NCBI GenBank assembly: GCA_965203805.1
Contig: OZ241917.1
Location: forward strand, 5,801,458 to 5,865,457
Length of the DNA stretch: 64,000 nucleotides
From: Candidatus Latescibacterota bacterium
Lineage (GTDB): Bacteria > Latescibacterota > UBA2968 > GCA-2709665
Direction: 5' to 3'
In this document: positions 56,921 through 64,000 of the stretch, in pieces
Position numbering within the stretch: the first letter of the stretch is position 1
Layout of the letters: the number at the start of each line of letters is the position of its first letter
The notes under the pieces: generated by a model
What the model saw: the letters and a program-made list of their open reading frames with translations, nothing else
Told to the model about the DNA's origin: nothing
Databases searched by the model: none
Made by a program: the position numbers and the translations under genes

Positions 56921-57997
56921 TCAACGCTGATATTTCGGCTCTCGCGGCGCCCTCGTTCTTTGCAGTCGGTACCTGCTGCCGGTCATCGGCAACTCGACCC
57001 TCGCCCCGCCCCGCGCGTGAGATTCGACGAACGCGAAGATGAGCTCGGTATTGGCGCGCGCCGTTCTGACGCCGCCGCGCGGCGGTTCTCCGGTGTCCAG
57101 CGAGTGGACGAGGTCTTCGATCAGCCTTACGGTTGAACTGGCCGGCTCGAAGGCCGGGAATTCCCGCTTTACCAGCACCGGCCGGCCGCGATGGTCTTCG
57201 GCGCCGTGTGCGCGCACCTCCCACGCCTTCCCGTTGCGCAGGCCCGTGACGACCCCCCTGTCGCCCACGGCCTCCACTTCCAGGCCCCGTCCCGAATTCA
57301 GCGCGTACGCGGTGACGCCGTTTTCGAATTTCAGGATACCGTGTCCGACCGGATCCTCCGTCAGGCGTTCGCCGTCGATCACCTGGTCGCCGTTCGGGAG
57401 ATGGGCCTGAACCCACGATACGGGGTTGTCGCCATTGAGCCGCATCAGCAGGTCGAAGCTGTGGCTGGCGCCGTTGAAGAGAGGGCCGGTCTGATGGACG
57501 ATCAGCGTGCGCAAGCGGCCGATCCGCCCGTCGTCGATCACCTCCTTCATCACGTCGTAACCAGGGTCCCAGCGGCGATTTGTGCCCATGTTGAAGACGG
57601 CGCCGTTACGCTCGACCGCTTCCACCATCGCGTCGGCTTCGTCGAGGGACGCGGCCATGGCCTTTTCGCCATAGACCGCGCGGACTCCCCGTTCGACCGC
57701 ATCGACGACAATTGCCGCGCGCTGCTCGGGCTGGGTGGCGACGCTGACGATTTCCGGGCGCTCGTGTTCGATCATCTCACGGTAGTCGAAGAACTGCCTG
57801 TCTTCCGGTACGCCATAGCGGAGTCCGACCTGTCTCATGGCTTCTCCGCGTAAGTCCGAACAGGCGACCATTTCCGTTCTTTCGCACGCCTCGTATCCCG
57901 CCGCGTGCGAATAAGCGCCCCAGGATTCAGGCACTTCATTGTCGATGAAGGCGCCCATTCGGCTGCACCCGATCAGCGCCGCTTTGTAGGTTTTCAT
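56921..57997 (-). CDS. Gfo/Idh/MocA oxidoreductase
   Basis: AALIGCSRMG, EKAMA, HSFD. Confidence 0.85.
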   Translation of the reverse strand: MKTYKAALIGCSRMGAFIDNEVPESWGAYSHAAGYEACERTEMVACSDLRGEAMRQVGLRYGVPEDRQFFDYREMIEHERPEIVSVATQPEQRAAIVVDAVERGVRAVYGEKAMAASLDEADAMVEAVERNGAVFNMGTNRRWDPGYDVMKEVIDDGRIGRLRTLIVHQTGPLFNGASHSFDLLMRLNGDNPVSWVQAHLPNGDQVIDGERLTEDPVGHGILKFENGVTAYALNSGRGLEVEAVGDRGVVTGLRNGKAWEVRAHGAEDHRGRPVLVKREFPAFEPASSTVRLIEDLVHSLDTGEPPRGGVRTARANTELIFAFVESHARGGARVELPMTGSRYRLQRTRAPREPKYQR

Positions 57998-58209
57998 GGA
58001 GATTCTCTTTCCCTATTTGGACCTGTTGATGCGAGGAAGAACGCTACCTGGTTGACCGGACCGAAACCCGCGCCGCCCGCCCGCCCGGCGCGGATCCGCT
58101 AATATTCGACCTCAGAACAAGGATGTCAAGCGCAAACCATGGAAAGGGACGTGAGCGGGACCGCCGCACGGAACACGTCCCATGAAGGTGAAAACCGATA
58201 CGGAAACGC

Positions 58210-58238
58210 TTGACTTCGTCCATCGTATCCTATAGATT
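58210..58238 (+). promoter_or_regulatory. Promoter of tRNA-Val
   Basis: TTGACT-17bp-TAGATT. Confidence 0.55.
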
Positions 58239-58372
58239 TGCTTTCCGAATCGGCCGATGGGATGGCGCCGTCGATACGAACGGACGGTCCGCCCGCGCTG
58301 TACGATTTCAAAGGACCTGGACTTTGCTGTCTCCGCTCTTGGGGCGTCCCGCGTAATCGGTTCGAAGTGGAT

Positions 58373-58449
58373 GGGCGATTAGCTCAGGTGGTTAGAGTGC
58401 TTGCTTGACATGCAAGAGGTCACTGGTTCGAGTCCAGTATCGCCCACCA
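58373..58449 (+). tRNA. tRNA-Val(GAC)
   Basis: GGGCGAT/ATCGCCC acceptor stem, CTTGC-TTGACAT-GCAAG anticodon arm, GGTTCGAGTCC, CCA. Confidence 0.97.
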
Positions 58450-58471
58450 TTTTAATTCACGGAAAATAAAC

Positions 58472-58506
58472 GGCCTGTGACAGATACGTCACGGGCCCTT
58501 TTTTTT
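58472..58506 (+). terminator. Intrinsic terminator after tRNA-Val
   Basis: GGCCTGTGAC-loop-GTCACGGGCC followed by a T-run. Confidence 0.75.
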
Positions 58507-58794
58507 GCATCGCTGGCGTACGATTTTCCTGAATCGGCCGGATCACAATTGAAACGCCACGTCAGGCATCCCACGCAAGAGAAAATGCCTCCTGGCGAAA
58601 CGCAACCGTGCGGACGTCGTCGTGTGACGACGGGCGCCGCCGGGATCGGGGGAAACCGACATCTCCTGCCGATGTTCTTGCTTTGACCGCCGCATTTCAG
58701 TACCATGCCACGGCGACGGCGCAACGACCTGGGCCGTCCAGGAAGCAGGCTGGCAGGAAGCGCGGCATTCCGAAGACCTTGAGGAGCATTTGCA

Positions 58795-59610
58795 ATGAAA
58801 GCCACGAACGGCCACAAGGATGCAGGCGAACCCGTCGAATCCGCTCCGGTACAGCCCATGACGGAATATGAAAAATTCCTCTTCGACCTGAAGGGTTTTC
58901 TCGTTATTCCCGGCGTACTCACGGACGATGAAGTACAAAGCGTTCGCGAGCACATCGATGTCTATATGAAAGATCCCGACAGCTTGCGGGAGCACCACAG
59001 AGCGCCCATCGCCGGCCCGGCGGAGTTCCTCATCGATCACCCGAGGGTCATGGGTCTCCTGCAGGAGGTGATTCATCCCGAGCGCGATCGCATCCGCCTG
59101 GAAAGCGTCTTCGTTTCCGCCCGATCGACCGGGACGACCGGGAATCAGTGGCGGCCCCACGTGGGCGGGACGAATCTGGATCCGTCCCATTCCTATCGCT
59201 TTCACAACGGTCGAATCTACAGCGGGATGACACGCATTGTCTGGGAATTGAATGAAGTGAAGAAGGGGCAGGGCGGCACGTGCCTCGTGCCCGGCTCGCA
59301 CAAGGCCAATACGGTTTCGGCCCAGGACGGGACCTGGCCGGAGCAGGCCGACGATCCGGACTCCGGACTCTGGGAGACCTACGGGTGCCCGCCGGGGAGT
59401 CTTGTCATCTTCTCCGAAGGCGTGCGGCATACCGGATCAGCCTGGACGAATTGTGACAATCCCCGCCGGGCCATTCTGATCGCCTACAACTACGTGACCG
59501 TCCGGTTCCATGAACCCAAGCCCTGTATGAATCCCGTGGTGATCGGCGGGTTGACTGAAGCACGTCAGAGTTTCTTCCGGGACGTCTGGATCCTGCCAAA
59601 CAGAAGGTAA
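58795..59610 (+). CDS. PhyH-family Fe(II)/2OG oxygenase (HxG variant)
   Basis: FDLKGFLV, PHVGG, GGTCLVPGSH, RHTG..W....PRR. Confidence 0.82.
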   Translation: MKATNGHKDAGEPVESAPVQPMTEYEKFLFDLKGFLVIPGVLTDDEVQSVREHIDVYMKDPDSLREHHRAPIAGPAEFLIDHPRVMGLLQEVIHPERDRIRLESVFVSARSTGTTGNQWRPHVGGTNLDPSHSYRFHNGRIYSGMTRIVWELNEVKKGQGGTCLVPGSHKANTVSAQDGTWPEQADDPDSGLWETYGCPPGSLVIFSEGVRHTGSAWTNCDNPRRAILIAYNYVTVRFHEPKPCMNPVVIGGLTEARQSFFRDVWILPNRR

Positions 59611-59637
59611 CCGGCAGGTCATCCGCAACTCGCGATC

Positions 59638-59676
59638 AAAAAAGCCCGGCCAATCGAATGGCTTCGGGCTTTTTTG
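59638..59676. terminator. Bidirectional intrinsic terminator between convergent PhyH genes
   Basis: A-run, GCCCG-GCCA...TGGC-TTCGGGC, T-run. Confidence 0.65.
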
Positions 59677-59711
59677 GGTTTTTCGAGTGTCAATTCGGAT
59701 TTGGGTCCGCG

Positions 59712-60584
59712 TCAGCGCTCCCACCGTGCGGGATCGATAGCGGCTGCGTCCGTTTTCATGCCTTTGGGTTTGTGCGGCTGATTCCAGTCCAGGCCGGTCG
59801 TGTTGGGGCTCTGCAGAAAGCGCCTCGTTTCAGCCGGCGCACCGGCCACCAGTTCCGGGTCCCACTCGGGCATGGGTTGTATTGGTCCCGCCCACGCCGG
59901 CCGGTACCCCAGCTGGACGAGCGTCCGGTGGCACCGCGTTCTGTTCGGATGGGTGCCGTGGAAAAGGTTAATGGGAATGACGAGCGCCGTACCCGCTCGC
60001 ACGCAGAGGGTAATCTCCCCCGGGTGGTATTTGTAACGCACGTAGGGGTTCGCTTCCGCGTGATACGACAGGTGGGATCGCGGTACCAGGCGGAACGGCG
60101 CCCGCTCGGGTGTCAGGTCGTCGAGGTAGTAAAGAACGCGCAGCAGACGTGGACAACTTCCTTCGTAACCGAAGATGGACGACCCGAACGGCTGGCCGTC
60201 GGTGTGCAACGAAATCGGCGGCGAACCCGATAGCGTCCTGGTGAAGAGTCCCCTTGTGAACACGATGTCTTTCCCCATCAGCGTCTCCAGGAACTCGATC
60301 ATCGGCGGATGTGCGATCAGTTCGGCCAGGGCCCGGCTGCGCCATTGCGGCTCGAGGCAAAAGGTCTGCGCGTCGCTGTAATCTTTCGTCTGCATCGGCG
60401 CATCGGCCATTTCGCGTTTGATCCGGTCCATGTGTTCCGCATCGAGGATGTCCGGGAGAACGACGTAACCCTCCACCTCGAGGTGGCGGATCCGTTCTCC
60501 TGGCGACAAACTGCTGAAGTCGGTTTCGTCCGTTTGCATGAAACCGATCTCTTCGTTCGGATCGATTCGTACGTCGGCTTGCAT
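59712..60584 (-). CDS. PhyH-family Fe(II)/2OG dioxygenase
   Basis: EVEGYVV, LHTD, YYLDD, VPRSH, FHGTHPN..R. AGGAG RBS. Confidence 0.85.
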   Translation of the reverse strand: MQADVRIDPNEEIGFMQTDETDFSSLSPGERIRHLEVEGYVVLPDILDAEHMDRIKREMADAPMQTKDYSDAQTFCLEPQWRSRALAELIAHPPMIEFLETLMGKDIVFTRGLFTRTLSGSPPISLHTDGQPFGSSIFGYEGSCPRLLRVLYYLDDLTPERAPFRLVPRSHLSYHAEANPYVRYKYHPGEITLCVRAGTALVIPINLFHGTHPNRTRCHRTLVQLGYRPAWAGPIQPMPEWDPELVAGAPAETRRFLQSPNTTGLDWNQPHKPKGMKTDAAAIDPARWER

Positions 60585-60675
60585 GACGGTTCTCCTCACT
60601 TACGGCCGCCGCCGCGGCGGCACGTCTCATCCTGAGTTGGCGGACCCAAGATAAACACAGCGATCGGATAGGGCA

Positions 60676-63342
60676 ATGGATGGATTGGGTGTGTTGGTGG
60701 GCATTCTCGTCGTCTGCTGGGTCTTGCCCGTCAGGTGCGCGGCGGCAGGCGTCACGCTTCCGGTCTACCGCGAGTCGCCGTCGCCCGAATCGCTGGAGAA
60801 GCTCCGGCGGGCGGTCGCGCCGCTGATGACGATGTCCGAGGACAGGCTTGTCGCCCTGGTGCCGGATCGGACCGGGTTCCGGTACGTGGCCTGCGCCCGT
60901 TGCGGTGAAGGCGTCAGGGAGCGGCAGCTCGACTGGTCGATCGAGGATCCGCTGCGGGTGCGTTGCCGGCACTGCGCCACGTTTTTTCCCGGAGGCGAAT
61001 TTGCCGAGAACCGCACCCTGCGCATTCTGAACCCTCTGGGGATCGAAGTCGACTACCCCTTTTTCGAAGACAGACGGGGACGAAGATTCTTCTTCCGCGC
61101 CAGGGCCTGGTGGTGCGCCAGGTTCTATCTTGCGGAACGTGCGCGGGACCTCGGGCGATTGTACGCGGCGACCGGTCAGCGGCAGTATGCCCGCCGGGCG
61201 GCATTGATCCTGGACGCATTTGCGCGTTATTATCCCGGTTTTCTCGTCTGGACCGACGTGGCGAACTCGGCAAAGCGGGTGTGCATGGACCCGCCGTTTC
61301 CGCGGCGGGGCGGAAAATGGGGGGAGTGGCGCTACGCCGAAATCCCGACGGACTTGATCTACGCGTACGATTCGATTCGGTACAGCGGCGAACTGGACCG
61401 GCTTGCACAGGAACGGTGTGAAGACGTCAGCCGCCGGATGGAAGACGGCTTCTTCAGAGGTGGCCTTCGGCAGGACGCCTTCCATGGCATCCTGTATACC
61501 AATGCGAGCCCGGAGACCTACGAGGGATATGCGGTCGCCGGCCGCGTGATGCGGGAGCCCGCGCTGGTCCACCTGGCCGTGCGTTGCGCACACGGGCTTT
61601 TTCGCCGGTTCTCCGCGGACGGCTTCTGGTGCCAGGGCAGCCCCGCGTATCATCGATATACGCTGTCAGGCCTGATGCGCGTGCTCGAAGCCCTGGCCGG
61701 GTACTCCGATCCTCCCGGCTATCTTGACGCGGAAGACGGCAGGCGCTTCGTCGATCTGGACCCGCTTCGCGAATTCACCGACGTTGAACGATGCGCACGG
61801 GTTCTCGATGTTTTCAGGTATCCCGACGGTCGGCTGATACCTGTCCACGATTCCTGGGCAAGATTCGAGGACCTGAAACCCTCGGACCGGTCGCGTTCGG
61901 CGCTGTTTGCCGGGATGGGGCATGCGTGGCTCGGGCTGGGCGAAGGCGAACGCCAGACGCAGGCGCACCTTCATTTCTCGGAAGGCGGCCACGGACACGC
62001 CCACGCGGACATGTTGAACCTGATACTGTATGCGTTTGGCGAAGAATTGGTGTCAGACCTGGGTTACACCCATACGCGGTATCGGCCGTGGACCGTGAGC
62101 ACGCTGGCGCACAACACCGTGGCGATCGACGGGCAGGACCAAACCTTGAGTGGAGACAAGGGGGCGTCTCGCGGCAGGCTCCTGGCGTTCGAGACCGCGC
62201 GCGAGACGGTACAGTGGATGGATGCCGGCGGCGAACGTGCGTATCCGGGGCTGGCGCGGGAGTACCGGCGAACGATCATGCTGGCAGACGCGGGCGATCG
62301 GAATGTGTACGCGGTGGATATCTTCCGGGTGCGCGGAGGTACCCGGCACGACTGGACTCTGCACGGGAGCGCCGACCGCGACGGATGGGCCCGCCCGGAT
62401 GTGCCACTGAAGCCCGCCGGGCCGCATCTGTTGGGTGGGGTTGAAGTTCGGCTTCCCGAATTCGAAGGGGATTCCGGCGACGCCGGGGGGCGCAACATCA
62501 GCTACGGATTCGTACAGAATGTGTCCCGAGGTCGGGTGCAAGATGGGCTGACGGTGCGTTTCGGCCTGGCAGGGTCGAGCGCCGGGCTCCGGTGCCATGT
62601 GCCCGGACTCCGCGGAGCCGAGGTCTATCTGGGCGACGCCCCGTCGGTCCGGCGCGCGGATGAGAACGAAGCCGAACTGGACAGGTACAGGATGCCCGTT
62701 GTCGTGGCGCGGCGCCGCGGGAGGGCGCCGCTTTCGAGCGTATTCGCGGCGGTCCACGAGCCCTTCGACGGATCTCCGTTCATCGAGTGTGTCCGGCAGG
62801 TCTACGCGGACGATCGGTCCGTCGTCCTTGAGGTGCGGCACGGAGGGTGCGTAGACCGGATCGCGCATCGCACGGTATGGCGCGACGAACCGCTGGTGGT
62901 TGGCCATCTCACGTTGAACGGCGAGTTCGGCTTTGTGCGGGAACGGGATGGCGCCGCCACGTGCATGGGGCTGTGGGGCGGGAACGAACTGAGATGGAAA
63001 GAGGACGTGGTTGCGGGCGGGGGTGTCTACGATCTGAAGGTGGAGGGTGTTCTCAGAACGACCGGCGGAGACCCGCTCGACGGGCTGGAGGTATCGGGTG
63101 AGATTCTCGATTGCGCGGGTGTTGAGGGAACGACGGCAATCGTACGGTTCGGGGATGGCTCAACGACGGGATGCGTCGTGGAACGCGTCGTCCGGGATGG
63201 TCGAAGGCTCATCCTTGCAACCGCCGAAGACCCGGGATTTTCGATTGAGAACGGCGCGGCGCGCCACCTCTACTTTCCGCTTCGCACGATTTCAGGGCCG
63301 GTTACCTGTCACGTCCGGACCTCGGCTTTCGTGTGCCTGTAG
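60676..63342 (+). CDS. Secreted heparinase II/III-like (polysaccharide lyase-like) protein
   Basis: Signal peptide, DGFWCQGSPAYH, HGHAHADMLNL, DLGY, TLAHNTVAIDG. N-terminal CARC/CRHC pair. Confidence 0.8.
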   Translation: MDGLGVLVGILVVCWVLPVRCAAAGVTLPVYRESPSPESLEKLRRAVAPLMTMSEDRLVALVPDRTGFRYVACARCGEGVRERQLDWSIEDPLRVRCRHCATFFPGGEFAENRTLRILNPLGIEVDYPFFEDRRGRRFFFRARAWWCARFYLAERARDLGRLYAATGQRQYARRAALILDAFARYYPGFLVWTDVANSAKRVCMDPPFPRRGGKWGEWRYAEIPTDLIYAYDSIRYSGELDRLAQERCEDVSRRMEDGFFRGGLRQDAFHGILYTNASPETYEGYAVAGRVMREPALVHLAVRCAHGLFRRFSADGFWCQGSPAYHRYTLSGLMRVLEALAGYSDPPGYLDAEDGRRFVDLDPLREFTDVERCARVLDVFRYPDGRLIPVHDSWARFEDLKPSDRSRSALFAGMGHAWLGLGEGERQTQAHLHFSEGGHGHAHADMLNLILYAFGEELVSDLGYTHTRYRPWTVSTLAHNTVAIDGQDQTLSGDKGASRGRLLAFETARETVQWMDAGGERAYPGLAREYRRTIMLADAGDRNVYAVDIFRVRGGTRHDWTLHGSADRDGWARPDVPLKPAGPHLLGGVEVRLPEFEGDSGDAGGRNISYGFVQNVSRGRVQDGLTVRFGLAGSSAGLRCHVPGLRGAEVYLGDAPSVRRADENEAELDRYRMPVVVARRRGRAPLSSVFAAVHEPFDGSPFIECVRQVYADDRSVVLEVRHGGCVDRIAHRTVWRDEPLVVGHLTLNGEFGFVRERDGAATCMGLWGGNELRWKEDVVAGGGVYDLKVEGVLRTTGGDPLDGLEVSGEILDCAGVEGTTAIVRFGDGSTTGCVVERVVRDGRRLILATAEDPGFSIENGAARHLYFPLRTISGPVTCHVRTSAFVCL

Positions 63343-63358
63343 ACCCGCCGCGAGGGCG

Positions 63359-64000
63359 TCAGCACCTAGCCGCGTCCCGGGCAGCGCGATAGACGTCCAG
63401 TACGGGGACGTCGCGTTCCTTCGCGATGCGTGCGCAATCTTCGTATTCGGGCGCGATACGCGTCCTTCCACCGTAGTCGGCCACCTTTACGGTCACGGGT
63501 CCGAACGACGTTTCAACGATCTCGGATCGCCTGGAAACGGTCTGGCGGTCGATGCGGCGGATCCGGACGCCAAGCGTTGTGGTTTCACGGAAGATCCGGT
63601 CCGTGACTGACTGCGTGCGGTCCGGGTCGGCGAGGACGCTGAGCATCACTCCAGGGCGCCCCTTTTTCATAATGATGGGCGTGAGATACGCGTCTCTTGC
63701 GCCATCGTCGAGCAGACGATCGATCACGTAGCCGTAGATTTCAGGCGTCATGTCGTCGATGTTGGTTTCAATAAGGGTGACCGTGTCTGTCTGCGGGAAG
63801 GACCCGGAATCTCCGATTTCCAGACGGAGGAGGTTCGGCAACTGATCCAGGTCGCGGCTGCCTGCACCGTAGCCGATGCGCCGGGTGCGAAAGGGAGGGC
63901 TGACGCCGATCTGTTCTGCGAGGGTGGTGAGAATAGCGGCGCCGGTCGGTGTGACCAGTTCAAACGGGACGTCGGTCCGCCGGGCCGGCACGTCTCTGCA
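63359..64000 (-). CDS. larC: Nickel pincer cofactor biosynthesis protein LarC (3' part; 5' end beyond the window)
   Basis: ELVTPTGAAI, GYGAG.RD...PNLLR, ETNIDD, MKKGRPG, ETTTLGVR, PEYEDC. Confidence 0.92.
   Translation of the reverse strand, partial: CRDVPARRTDVPFELVTPTGAAILTTLAEQIGVSPPFRTRRIGYGAGSRDLDQLPNLLRLEIGDSGSFPQTDTVTLIETNIDDMTPEIYGYVIDRLLDDGARDAYLTPIIMKKGRPGVMLSVLADPDRTQSVTDRIFRETTTLGVRIRRIDRQTVSRRSEIVETSFGPVTVKVADYGGRTRIAPEYEDCARIAKERDVPVLDVYRAARDAARC

Noticed and set aside
58373-64000. Genomic island integrated at tRNA-Val
   Set aside because: No integrase, no duplicated tRNA 3' end, and no evident compositional shift.

Overview
GC-rich bacterial chromosomal window. The DFDGDGEVGFADF EF-hand/dockerin-like motif and the many PhyH, Gfo/Idh/MocA and amidohydrolase paralogs suggest a Latescibacterota/Gemmatimonadota-like lineage, which is inference only. 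Positions 1-15.6 kb are a minus-strand housekeeping block: queE, thrS-infC-rpmI-rplT, zapB-like, zapA, candidate 6S RNA, rny, ymdB, xseAB, nadK, recN and futalosine genes mqnE-mqnC-mqnA. The usual pheST and ispA-dxs-tlyA genes are absent there, and small repeat elements sit at both gaps. The rest is accessory catabolism plus tRNA-Phe and tRNA-Val. The most striking part is a minus-strand cluster at about 35.4-52.9 kb. It contains an uncharacterised membrane complex (ABC ATPase, DUF6785-like protein, FtsX permease fused to a degenerate M28 domain, OPT-like transporter with a permuted Ig/FN3 insert). This is followed by a two-domain and a FOUR-domain bacterial-microcompartment shell protein (2+4=6 distinct domains, a possible asymmetric pseudo-hexamer), a DHDPS-family aldolase with a BMC-type N-terminal tag, and a DapF-like enzyme lacking both catalytic cysteines. 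Other candidates are an orphan structured sRNA, a LexA-like box in a sigma-factor promoter, a cytochrome c/copper monooxygenase fusion and a MotA-like stator pair. No CRISPR array, rRNA, integrase or transposase was seen. All family calls come from motif recognition by eye, not database searches.
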